From NCBI GenBank assembly GCA_037201605.1, contig JBBCGM010000003.1:1-53544 (forward strand): 53,544 nucleotides of DNA, in the 5' to 3' direction. Source of the stretch: Candidatus Moraniibacteriota bacterium (GTDB lineage: Bacteria; Patescibacteriota; Minisyncoccia; Moranbacterales; UBA1568). Under the pieces are notes generated by a model. The model searched no databases. It saw only the letters and a program-made list of their open reading frames with translations, and had not been told where the DNA came from. Position numbers and translations under genes: made by a program. Of the stretch, positions 9,195-18,059 are shown piece after piece (within the stretch, counting starts at the first letter, position 1; each line of letters starts with the position of its first letter).

Positions 9195-10511
9195 ATGCTG
9201 GACATTCAATTTATCCGAGACCATTCCGATCAGGTAAAGGTGGCTGCAAAGGCCAAGAAATCTGATGTTGATATCGACCTCTTGCTCGTCAAAGATCAAG
9301 AGTACCTAAGCTTGAAAAAAGAGCTCGAGGAACTGCGCTCGCTCAAAAACGATATCAACAGCCTGATCCAGGAAGCGAAGGATGAGGCCGAACGGACCGA
9401 AATCATTACCAAGGGCAAGGAGATCAAGACGAAAATAGACGAAGCCGAACCCAAGTTTCGCGAAGCGTTCGAAGCCTATGAAGCGCTCCTGTTGGCAGTA
9501 CCCAATGTTCCTACTGAAGACACCCCTCTCGGCGAGGATGAAAGCGGTAACCAGGTAGTCCGTAGCTGGGGAGAGAAACCCTCGTTTGCTTTCGAGCCAA
9601 AGGATCATATGGAGATCGGGCGCCTCTTAGGCGGCATCGAGAGCGAAAGGGCAGCCGAGGTCTCGGGCTCGCGTTTTGCGTACCTGATGGGGGATGTGGC
9701 GCTGCTTCAGCTCGCTTTAGTCCACTTTGTGTTCCGCATCCTGGGGGATAAAACGCTCCTGGGCGAGATTGCCTCCAAGGCTGGCGTTACGTTTGTGGGC
9801 GAAGCCTTTATTCCGGTTATCCCACCGGTTTTTGTGCGTCCTGAAGTATTAGCAAAAATGGATCGTTTGGAACCCCGAGAAGACCGCTATTTCTTGGAGC
9901 AGGACAACTTGTTTCTGACCGGCAGTGCTGAACACGTGCTGGGAGCGCTCCACATGGATCAGATTTTTGAGGAAAGTGAATTGCCGAGACGCTACGCCGG
10001 CTATGCAACGGCATTCCGACGCGAGGCTGGCAGCTACGGCAAGGACACGCATGGTATCATCCGGATGCATCAGTTCGACAAGCTGGAGATGGAATCATTC
10101 ACGTTGTCCGAAGATGGTCTGAACGAACAGAATCTTTTTGTAGCTATTCAGGAGTACATCTTGCAGGCGTTAGAGCTACCTTACCAGGCCATAGCGGTGT
10201 GTACTGGAGATATGGGCAAGCCGGATGCGCGCCAGATCGATCTTGAGACCTGGATGCCTGGGCAGGATCGCTATCGCGAAACTCATACTTCTGACTTCAT
10301 GGGTGACTACCAAGCACGCCGTCTCCAAACCCGCGTGCGGCGCGGAAACGGAAAGATCGAGTTTGTGCATATGAATGATGCTACCGCTATCGCCGTAGGT
10401 CGCATGCTGGTAGCAATTCTCGAAAATTATCAGGAAGCCGACGGATCGGTCCGGGTGCCCAAAGTGCTTCAAGAAACCCTTGGCAAAGAGCGTATAGCTC
10501 CTAAAGGGTAA
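9195..10511 (+). CDS. serS: Seryl-tRNA synthetase
   Basis: Intact 438-aa ORF with N-terminal coiled-coil arm and class II core (FRREAGSYGKDT, TWMPGQDRYRETHS). Confidence 0.92.
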   Translation: MLDIQFIRDHSDQVKVAAKAKKSDVDIDLLLVKDQEYLSLKKELEELRSLKNDINSLIQEAKDEAERTEIITKGKEIKTKIDEAEPKFREAFEAYEALLLAVPNVPTEDTPLGEDESGNQVVRSWGEKPSFAFEPKDHMEIGRLLGGIESERAAEVSGSRFAYLMGDVALLQLALVHFVFRILGDKTLLGEIASKAGVTFVGEAFIPVIPPVFVRPEVLAKMDRLEPREDRYFLEQDNLFLTGSAEHVLGALHMDQIFEESELPRRYAGYATAFRREAGSYGKDTHGIIRMHQFDKLEMESFTLSEDGLNEQNLFVAIQEYILQALELPYQAIAVCTGDMGKPDARQIDLETWMPGQDRYRETHTSDFMGDYQARRLQTRVRRGNGKIEFVHMNDATAIAVGRMLVAILENYQEADGSVRVPKVLQETLGKERIAPKG

Positions 10512-10545
10512 GGCCTGCTGCCCTGTGTGGGGTAGCAGCGCAGGG

Positions 10546-10573
10546 TTGACCGCCGCCTTGCCTGTGCTATAGT
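10546..10573 (+). promoter_or_regulatory. Sigma70-like promoter
   Basis: TTGACC, 16-nt spacer, TATAGT, located 30 nt upstream of the small ORF at 10604. Confidence 0.45.
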
Positions 10574-10603
10574 TTTTCCTGGTATCCTTTCATTCATATC
10601 GCT

Positions 10604-10771
10604 ATGCCGCTTATCTATTGGCACGAAGTGCTTGCAGAATTCCTCGGGGGCCTAGGTACGGCTGTCGTTTTGGGTCTTTTTGCGTATATTACGCGCCGGC
10701 ACATCTTTTTCAAGGTCGTCCGCAGGACCGCCAAGCACTTACGTGAAGAGGGGGTAAGTGAGGAGAAATAG
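10604..10771 (+). CDS. Small single-TM protein (55 aa), unknown function
   Basis: ATG-started ORF below the track cutoff: MPLIYWHEVLAEFLGGLGTAVVLGLFAYITRRHIFF... Has one hydrophobic helix and a promoter upstream. Confidence 0.4.
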   Translation: MPLIYWHEVLAEFLGGLGTAVVLGLFAYITRRHIFFKVVRRTAKHLREEGVSEEK

Positions 10772-10782
10772 TCGTGTATGTC

Positions 10783-10855
10783 GGGTGCATAGCTCAGTTG
10801 GTAGAGCAGTGGCCTTTTAAGCCAACGGTCGTAGGTTCGATCCCTACTGCACCCA
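10783..10855 (+). tRNA. tRNA-Lys (anticodon UUU)
   Basis: Cloverleaf: acceptor GGGTGCA/TGCACCC, D arm GCTC/GAGC, anticodon loop CTTTTAA, T arm GTAGG/CCTAC. One 27:43 mismatch. Confidence 0.85.
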
Positions 10856-11173
10856 CAGTTGTTTTTGGAAAGCGAGGAGAAGGAAATGAGGAAAATCTCT
10901 GCAACGGGAGAAGTGAAAACTTTTTTAGCTTTCTCTTACCCACGCCATTTTCGTCTAACTCAGCCGGGTTCCGTATTGGGCCCCAAGGAAGTGGAAAGCC
11001 GTAGCCGACAGTGTATCGCCTTGCCGCCTGGCGCCAACGGTTTCTACTTCTACGATGAGGTAAGATTGCGGACTCGCGTGGGGAATGAGAGAATTCTTTT
11101 TACGAGGTGTAACCACAACGTTTCTCCGACATATCGTCCACCAAAGGCATAAGCTTTGCCTCCGGACACTCAA

Positions 11174-11199
11174 GGCCGAGCTTTTGCCCGGCCTTTTTT
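11174..11199 (+). terminator. Rho-independent terminator ending the tRNA-Lys downstream region
   Basis: GGCCGAGC/GCCCGGCC stem with one mismatch, TTTT loop, then T6. Confidence 0.55.
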
Positions 11200-11223
11200 G
11201 TTGCTATACTGGGAAAAACCGCT

Positions 11224-12307
11224 ATGCGCCGCTTTTTTCCTTTTGCCCTGGTTTCCCTCCTCTTTCTTTCCGGCTGTTCGCTGCCTATTCCCTTCCTCTC
11301 GACAGGCGGGCACGAGGGGAGCGTTTTCAAGTCAACTGATGCCGGCGCTACCTTTGAGCCCAAAGTGACCATAAACGACAAGCAGAAGATCACGACGGCT
11401 AACGTACTCTCGGTCGCGCTCCATCCTACCAACCCTGACATCATTTATATCGGCACGGCAGCCGACGGTATTTTCCGTACCGAAAACGGAGGGGAGGAGT
11501 GGTCCCCCGTCGCCTATCCGCCCCCAAAAGGTCTACGGACTGGCTCTTGATCCCCAAAACGGCGATCGCCTCTTCGCTACAGGCAGTTATGAAGAGGTGG
11601 GAAAGATCTACGTCTCCGACAATGCGGGCGCTGATTTTCGCGAGATCTATACCGAGCCCGGCACCGGCACGGTCATAACAGCCTTAGCCATACATCCTCT
11701 CGATACCCAAGTGCTCTACGCAGGTACCTCGAGCGGGGTGGTTATCAAATCTACTGACGGAGGCAATACGTGGAAAAATGTCACGACGGCGAGCGGTCCA
11801 GTTACTCAAATCCTCTTCGATCGCGCCAATCGCGATCTCGTATTCCTGGTGTTGCATGATCAGGGGACCAGCGTCTCGCGCGATAGCGGCCTGACGTTTA
11901 TGGAAAATCAGGGTCAGGGCATAACCGAGAGGACTTACCAGAATGTCACCGATCCAAATGCGAGTAGCCAGCCCGAAACCTTTTCGACCGTTATCGCAGA
12001 TCCTAGCCGCTCGGGCGTTTACTACGCAGGAGCCGCAAATGGTCTCTTTCGGAGTGAGGATACGGGTAAGACCTGGAAAGCCATCGATATCATCGCTACT
12101 TCGAAAAATTTCCCTATCCGGGCAGTAGCGGTGAATCCAACGAATTCCAATGAGATCGTCTACGCTTCCGGGAACGCTTTTTACAAATCCATTGACGGGG
12201 GCATAAAGTGGGCGACCACTAATCTGCCCATTACCCGGGGCGTAAGCTACATCTTCTATAACCCCGCAAACCCTTCCCAGATCTACTTCACGCTCAGGGC
12301 CTTCTAG
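11224..12307 (+). pseudogene. BNR/Asp-box beta-propeller lipoprotein (Ycf48/sialidase-like fold), one frameshift
   Basis: Lipobox LSGC in the signal peptide and repeated S/T-x-D-x-G-x-T-W motifs. The frame switches at the C5/A4 run at 11521-11529. Confidence 0.7.
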
Positions 12308-12315
12308 GCTATAAT
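12287..12315 (+). promoter_or_regulatory. Sigma70-like promoter for frr
   Basis: TTCACG, 17-nt spacer, TATAAT. Confidence 0.45.
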
Positions 12316-12355
12316 AAGCCACGCAAGACTCCTGCCACTCATTTTCCTCTGCTTT

Positions 12356-12916
12356 ATGCCCATCCCAGACCTGCTTGTTCAGAAGCGTCCTGATTTCGAA
12401 AAAGTTCTAGATCACTTTAGTGCCGAAGCGGCCAAAATCCGCACCGGCAGGGCTAATCCGGCGCTTGTCGAAGATCTTCTCGTCGATTATTACGGCACCA
12501 AGAGTCCGATAAAGCAGATCGCCGGCATTTCTATCCCCGAAGCCCGCCAAATCCTCATTCAGCCTTGGGACAAGGGGAGTCTGGTTTTTATCGAGACGGC
12601 TATCCGCGAAGCGGACCTGGGACTTAATCCCGGTAACGACGGCCAGAATATTCGCATCGTTATTCCGCCGCTGACGGAGGAGCGCCGTAAGGAGCTGGTG
12701 AAACAGCTGAATCAGCGGGTTGAAGAAGCGCGTATCAGCGTGCGCAGCCTCCGTGAAGACCTCTGGAAAGATATCCAGGATCTGGAGAAACAAGGAGAGA
12801 TCGCCGAGGATGATAAATTCCGCGGCAAGGACGACCTTCAGAAGCTCGTCGACGAATACAATCAAAAACTCGAAGACATGCGTCAGAAGAAAGAGGAGGA
12901 TATTCTGACCGTCTAA
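12356..12916 (+). CDS. frr: Ribosome recycling factor
   Basis: Intact 186-aa ORF with RTGRANPALVEDLLVDYYG. Confidence 0.92.
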   Translation: MPIPDLLVQKRPDFEKVLDHFSAEAAKIRTGRANPALVEDLLVDYYGTKSPIKQIAGISIPEARQILIQPWDKGSLVFIETAIREADLGLNPGNDGQNIRIVIPPLTEERRKELVKQLNQRVEEARISVRSLREDLWKDIQDLEKQGEIAEDDKFRGKDDLQKLVDEYNQKLEDMRQKKEEDILTV

Positions 12917-12926
12917 TCGACCTCGT

Positions 12927-14129
12927 ATGCTCACTATCCTCATTTTTATTCTTCTCCTCGGGCTGCTCGTCTTCGTGCATGAGATGGGCCATTTTCTCGT
13001 GGCTCGCTATAACGGCATCAAGGCTGACGAGTTCGGATTTGGCTTCCCGCCTCGTCTTATCGGAATAGTGAAAGACGACCAGACCGGCCGCTACCGAGTA
13101 GTATTCGGCAACCGCGACGTGCGAAGCACGCACACCGTCTATTCCATCAATTGGATTCCCTTGGGCGGTTTCGTGAAGATCAAAGGTGAGGATGCCGCCG
13201 CCCCTGGCGGTCAGGATTCTGACAGCTTTGCCAAAAAGCCGGCTCGTATCCGTATCCTCGTGCTCGCGGCAGGCGTGCTCATGAACTTTTTGCTTGCCTG
13301 GGTACTGATCTCGATTGTCTTCATGCTCGGCATCCCCGAGCCGATCGATGAACAGGATTTGGCGCAGCATCCGGATGCCCGTATCCAAATTCTCGAGATT
13401 GTTCCGCAGTCAGTGGCTCAGGAAATCGGCCTCAAGCCAGGCGATATCCTGGAACGCCTTGATGGCCAGGATGTGCGCTCGCTCGACCAGGTAAGCGGCT
13501 TCGTAGCGGCTCATCGCGGCCAGGAAATCCGCATCGAGCTCAATCGCTTCGGCGAGGAGATGACGATCACCGGCACGCCGAAAACCGAAGTGCGGCCCGG
13601 GGAGGGGGCGCTTGGTATTAGCTACGCCTTTACTGCCAAGGTCAAGCATCCTTGGTACCAGGCCATTGCTGACGGCGCTCGTGCCACGGCCAATGTGACA
13701 CTCGCTATCTTTGCCGCTCTTGGCAAAATGATCGGAGGACTTTTTGGAATAGCTGAGAAAACGCCGGTCGAGATTACGGGCCCCGTCGGTATCGTCTACC
13801 TGACCAAGCAAATGAGCGATCTGGGCTTTGCCTATCTGCTTCAGTTTGCCGCGCTCCTTTCCATCAACCTCGGCATTATCAATATTCTGCCTATACCGGC
13901 ACTCGATGGCGGCCGCATCCTGTTCGTACTCATCGAGAAGCTCAAGGGAAAGCCGGTGAGCGAGCGACTGGAGGGGACCATCCACCAAATCGGCTTCGCA
14001 CTCCTCCTCCTCCTTATGCTTATCGTCACGCTGCGTGATTTTCGACCTTCAAGATCCTCTCGCGCCTTGGCGGACTTTTTTCCTAAGCTGAGAAGTCTCT
14101 TTTTGCCGATAGTCCGAAAAAGCCTCTAA
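12927..14129 (+). CDS. rseP: Site-2 protease RseP family (zinc metalloprotease with PDZ)
   Basis: Intact 400-aa ORF with HEMGHF (HExxH), a PDZ-like middle region and NILPIPALDGG. Confidence 0.9.
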   Translation: MLTILIFILLLGLLVFVHEMGHFLVARYNGIKADEFGFGFPPRLIGIVKDDQTGRYRVVFGNRDVRSTHTVYSINWIPLGGFVKIKGEDAAAPGGQDSDSFAKKPARIRILVLAAGVLMNFLLAWVLISIVFMLGIPEPIDEQDLAQHPDARIQILEIVPQSVAQEIGLKPGDILERLDGQDVRSLDQVSGFVAAHRGQEIRIELNRFGEEMTITGTPKTEVRPGEGALGISYAFTAKVKHPWYQAIADGARATANVTLAIFAALGKMIGGLFGIAEKTPVEITGPVGIVYLTKQMSDLGFAYLLQFAALLSINLGIINILPIPALDGGRILFVLIEKLKGKPVSERLEGTIHQIGFALLLLLMLIVTLRDFRPSRSSRALADFFPKLRSLFLPIVRKSL

Positions 14130-14142
14130 TAAGGCTTTTTTT
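14117..14142 (+). terminator. Rho-independent terminator overlapping the rseP stop
   Basis: Stem AAAAAGCCT/AGGCTTTTT. The CTAATA loop region carries the TAATAA double stop. T run follows. Confidence 0.7.
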
Positions 14143-14166
14143 AACCCTCTTTACCCTATTGACAAA
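14124..14166 (+). repeat. Copy A of a duplicated terminator-loop/-35 module
   Basis: Collinear blocks CTCTAATAAG, CTCTTTA and CTATTGACAAA are shared with 17916-17947. Confidence 0.6.
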
Positions 14167-14186
14167 GTGCTATTTTTTGCTAATAT
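14159..14186 (+). promoter_or_regulatory. Sigma70-like promoter
   Basis: TTGACA, 16-nt spacer, TAATAT. Confidence 0.55.
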
Positions 14187-14216
14187 ATTGCGTTAACCGT
14201 TTAATGCAAGCATCCT

Positions 14217-14854
14217 ATGTCTCATGAGCTTCTTTTGGGGACACTTCGGCGTAAAGTCAGCCTGGCCGTACTCATCGGTCTGTTATGCGCTGCCTTCGGC
14301 TTTGCGGGTCTTATGCTTTTCGAGAAACGCTACCAGGATACGACTGACTTCCTGATCGTTCAGGCCAATGCCGGGAGCATGGACTTCTATACGCAGTTCA
14401 AATCTTCCGAGTATCTGGGCAACCTGCTTGGTGAGTCTATCCATAGCGAACGCTTCATCAATGCGGTCATCGGCACCGGCAAGAATCAATGCCGAGATGC
14501 TGCCTTTTGATAAAAAGAACCGTCTCGACGAATGGAGTAAAATGGTGCGCGTCAGCAAAAATCTCGAGCTCGGCGTCATCACCGTTACAGTCAAGTCAAA
14601 CAGCCAGAGTGACGCAGCGCGTATCATGGACGGCCTCTCAGACGTACTCATTCAACAGAACACCTGTTCCGCGGCGGCGATCCGGCAAGCGTCGAAGTGC
14701 GCGTGCTGTCCGACCGATCATTGAACGCACTCCGACAATGGAACAGCTCGTAAAGGTAGTCATCGCCGCCTTCCTGTTCGGTTTCTTCCTCGTCTATGCA
14801 ATTGCCCTTGCGCGCGCGTATCTGCGCCAGGAGCGCACCTTATGGCATCAGTAA
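14217..14854 (+). pseudogene. Wzz-like polysaccharide chain-length determinant (copy 1), at least 3 frameshifts
   Basis: N-terminal TM (LAVLIGLLCAAFGFAGLMLF), periplasmic region, C-terminal TM (VVIAAFLFGFFLVYAIALA). The reading passes through three ORF-track frames. Confidence 0.6.
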
Positions 14855-14870
14855 TATCTTTAGAAGCGTT

Positions 14871-14942
14871 TTTCCCTCCTCGTAAAAGAGAAAGAGGGAA
14901 AGTTTCTTTGGAAGGAGGGGAGTATCCGCTCCCTTCCTCCAA
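14871..14942 (+). promoter_or_regulatory. Two consecutive strong hairpins without a T tract
   Basis: Hairpin A is TTTCCCTC/GAGGGAAA (14871-14901). Hairpin B has a 15-nt purine arm, TTGGAAGGAGGGGAG, against CTCCCTTCCTCCAA (14908-14942). Confidence 0.45.
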
Positions 14943-15021
14943 GGAAAAGAAAAGAGAAGTAGCACCTTTCCAAATTACGTATTTTCTTCCCAATTCAGAT
15001 TCAGATTGAAGGAGAATTCAC

Positions 15022-16010
15022 ATGTTCAAGCAAGCGTATCTTGCCCTCGGGCTTTTCGCAGCGGTAGGCAACTCTGCCGCAGGAAGCCGGGGCGAAAGAC
15101 GCCGGCTTTACGATTGATCAGGAAGCGTCTGTCAAAGACAATTTCCTGGTTATCCAGCGGATGGAACCGGGCCTTAGTCTGGCCATCCGCGGAGACATTG
15201 CCGCTACTCAAGTGGTCGATGTCATCATGATTTCTCTCCCCTCTGTTGTCCCTGCCGAATGGTGGAGAGAGCTCTTGCACCGGATCCGGCGCGCACCGTT
15301 TCGGTGCCGTCAGGCGATGGGCAGAACTTTCTCTTCTCGCTCCACCCGAACGTCTTCCGCGCCCTTGTGGTGCGGTCGGACGGGATGTTGGCGGTCTATT
15401 CGGCAGTCCTCAATCCAACGCGTACTGCCTTTGTCGTGCTCTTGCCTCCGGGCAGCGAGTCGACTCTAAGGTCAGGGTGGATGGCCATTGTGTCAAACGA
15501 CGGCCGCTACCTGCTTACTCCGCAAGGAGAGAGCATCGATCTCAGGGAAACCAAGGGCATCAAGCTCCGCAAGGGGCGCATGTCTCAGGATTTCCTCGTC
15601 ACTCATCCGGCACCTCTGCCGCCGGTCGTCACGCTTACGCGGAGCGATCCGGAAACAAGGGTGTTCTGGCGTGACCTGGAAGCGCTCTTTCCGGAGCGTT
15701 TACGAGTCAATGGCACCTACTACTCTGGAAGTCCCTATGTAAAGGAATTTTTGGCGGCCTATACTCCGCTTAATTCCTTTGGTGATCGCGCGGTAACGTG
15801 CGGTCAATTGCGCATCGGCGGCATTGATCCGGCTTCGGCTGGCATCGGTGCGGCAGTATCCTTTATCGCAAGCCTCCCCAGCGTCCTCAAAAAGGACTGT
15901 CTGGCCGGCAAACGACAGGAGAAACATCACGAGACGAGTCAACGCGACAACCCTGTCGTGGCGACTCGCTCTGAGTCTGCCACGGCGCCCAAACTAGGAG
16001 ACGTATCATG
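15022..16010 (+). pseudogene. Secreted protein of unknown function (high-GC island gene 1), frameshifted
   Basis: AAGGAG RBS 7 nt before the ATG and signal peptide MFKQAYLALGLFAAVGNSAA. The reading continues into ORF 15259-16167 after frame switches. The 3' end is uncertain. Confidence 0.5.
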
Positions 16011-16461
16011 GAGTAACAAGCTCTTGCTCTGGCTGTTTGCCTGGGCAGCGCTGCTTATGGGCTTCGGCCTGTCGCAGCCTGCACAGGCAGCTGAGCATGT
16101 TGTAGACCGTGAAAGCGGGCGACACGCTCTACCGGCTTGCTGGCAAAGATTGGCGCGCTGTCTGTAAGGCTAATAGCCTTGCTGACTGTACCAAGCTTCA
16201 TGCCGGCCAACGGATCCGCATCGGTACTTCTTCTCCAGTAAACACAAACGACCGTTTCCGGTCGCCTGTCAGCTGGACGGAATGTCGACGGCTATCGTGA
16301 ATGGCGTGTTGTGGGTCTCAGGCCCATGATCACCTTTGAGGATGGTCGCTATCTCTCCCGAGCCCAAACCCTCGCTATGCGCGAGATGGGTCTCTCGGAA
16401 TATGAGATCGTGGAAAGTCAACCAGGCTCTTCGCGACAAAACTGCCGAAGAAGGCATATGA
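16008..16461 (+). pseudogene. Small secreted LysM-domain protein (island gene 2), frameshifted
   Basis: GGAGA RBS, signal-like SNKLLLWLFAWAALLMGFGLSQPAQA, then LysM-like KAGDTLYRLAGKDWRAVCKANSLADCTKLHAGQRIRI. Confidence 0.5.
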
Positions 16462-16470
16462 CGGCCCGGC

Positions 16471-17639
16471 ATGCGCTTCGAAGCGATGTCCTATGCCACT
16501 CGCACGCGCGTAGTGGTTCAGAAAAAGGTCGTCTACGTCGGTAAGGAAACGCATCGGATTTCCGTGTGCGCCTTTCTACGGTCGTATTGTCACAATTGTC
16601 GAAAAGTGTGCCAACGTGGGTCTCGAGACGGCTCCGCCGCCTCCGCCCATTCCCACTCCTCCGCCGCCGGAGGAAGAACTGCCGGTACCGCCTCTGGAAG
16701 AGCAGCCCTCGCTGCCTCCCGAAGAGGCACGCAAAGGCTGTTTCGACTGGAACGCGGTCGTAGGCACCGAGAAGGAGCTCGTCGGCGGTACTTCGCTTTC
16801 GGTTATGCTACCGGCGCTGCGTATCTCAAATGCTGGCGCGGCAAACACGGCATGCACGAACTGGGTATTGGCGGCAAAGCCACTGCCTGGAACGGACGTG
16901 TCGATCATGGCCGCGGTCGGTTATTCTGGCGACTGGTTCCAAATCGGGCCGGCCTACCAGTATATTGACGACAACTGCTGGAATCTCGAACTGAAGGCTC
17001 CCATGATCGGGCGCCTGAACGAGAAATTCCGTGAGGGTGACTATCGTTCGCACCGTCGTTTCACGACGCTTGGTGTGGATGTGAGCGCCAACTGGTACAA
17101 GCCCCGCTGCGAAAGCAAAAAGGGCGGCATCCGGGAAGTACAAGTGAACGCGTCGATCGGCGTACCGCTCAGTCGGTCTGTCGGCCATACCTGGGAGGGG
17201 AATCCATCCAGGACACGCGCGATCTCGGGAAGCTCGATGTGATTGCTCAAGCGGGCGTGCGGGTTTGGGTCGGTGGCGATGATCGTCACTTCCAGCCCTA
17301 CGTCCAGGCAGGCACATTCCTCGAGTCTCCTGGCTCATGGACCGGAATCGCTTCGGCTCGGCGCGTCTTTCGACAAGCACCGCTGTGTCGGAGTGCATTT
17401 CGGACCGAACTTCGATCTTCTCACCGGCGACATCGCACCGCTTGCGGTCGGGTCTTTGGTGGGACATTGCCTGCACTGCCAAGTCGGAGCGCTACAAGGC
17501 GCGCGACCAGCAGATCGATGGTTTCCCCAGGGGAACCTTCGACGGCGGACATGGGCTTGTGGTCGTATCTACGGATGCGCCGCAAGAAGCCGCTACCGCG
17601 ATCGGACAAGTAATTGCGGAAGCGCCCCTCCGCGAATAG
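16471..17639 (+). pseudogene. Proline-rich / beta-rich protein of unknown function (island gene 3), frameshifted
   Basis: Has a PPPPPIPTPPPPEEELPVPPLEEQPSLPPEE linker followed by a beta-strand-like region. Several overlapping open frames, ends at the stop at 17637-17639. Confidence 0.4.
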
Positions 17640-17785
17640 GGGTGAAAAGAAAATACGTAATGAAGAAGAGATAAAGGAAACTCAATACCACTGTATTCCT
17701 TTCGGAAACGGAAGGGATGCAAAAAACGGGCTGCAATCCAGAGGAGCAGAAGGCCTGCACCTCATGAGTTGTAGCTATTGCCGAT

Positions 17786-17803
17786 CCTCACACTAGTGTG
17801 AGG
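17786..17803. repeat. Perfect 18-bp palindrome
   Basis: CCTCACACTAGTGTGAGG is its own reverse complement. Confidence 0.9.
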
Positions 17804-17862
17804 AAAGGACCGGGGTGTTTCCAAAACCTCTTTTTCGTCCCCTCGCCGTATCATCGGCACCC

Positions 17863-17895
17863 AGAGCGTTTCTTCGGAGACGCTCTTTTTCTTTC
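17863..17895 (+). terminator. Rho-independent terminator of the island operon
   Basis: 10-bp stem AGAGCGTTTC/GAGACGCTCT with TTCG tetraloop, then TTTTTCTTTCTC. Confidence 0.8.
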
Positions 17896-17915
17896 TCAAA
17901 AATCTTAAAATAGGG

Positions 17916-17947
17916 CTCTAATAAGCCTCTTTATAGCTATTGACAAA
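17916..17947 (+). repeat. Copy B of the duplicated terminator-loop/-35 module
   Basis: CTCTAATAAG (17916-25), CTCTTTA (17927-33) and CTATTGACAAA (17937-47) are collinear with copy A. Confidence 0.6.
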
Positions 17948-17968
17948 AAATGAGCGAAAGGGTATAAT
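17940..17968 (+). promoter_or_regulatory. Consensus sigma70 promoter
   Basis: TTGACA, exactly 17 nt, TATAAT. Confidence 0.7.
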
Positions 17969-18059
17969 GGGGCGTTCGGGTGAAAAGCCGGACACCAGGT
18001 TCCATTCGGAATCATTCCATCCCGGAGTGGTTCCGGGTCAGACAAGGGAGAAGTCAGGC
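17969..18059 (+). promoter_or_regulatory. Structured 5' leader of about 85 nt (candidate cis-regulatory RNA)
   Basis: Hairpins GGTTCC-ATTC-GGAATC (17998-18013) and CCCGGA-GTGGT-TCCGGG (18021-18037). GGTG/CACC pairing at 17979-17996. The GGGAG RBS can pair with the upstream TCCC. Confidence 0.4.

Noticed and set aside
10856-11223. RNase P RNA, tmRNA, SRP RNA or 6S RNA in the tRNA-Lys downstream spacer
   Set aside because: The universal P4 strands (GGAAAGTCCGG / ACAGAA..GGCTTA), a tmRNA tag and tRNA-like end, and the SRP domain IV motif are all absent. Only a loose GGAAAGCCG resemblance was seen.
17986-18052. Guanidine-III (ykkC-III) riboswitch
   Set aside because: CCGGAC and CCGGGTCAGACAAGG resemble conserved stretches of that class. 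However, the spacing between them is about twice the canonical length, the second pseudoknot helix is only 4 bp, and the downstream gene is not a guanidine transporter or carboxylase. It is worth an Infernal scan but is not supportable by eye.
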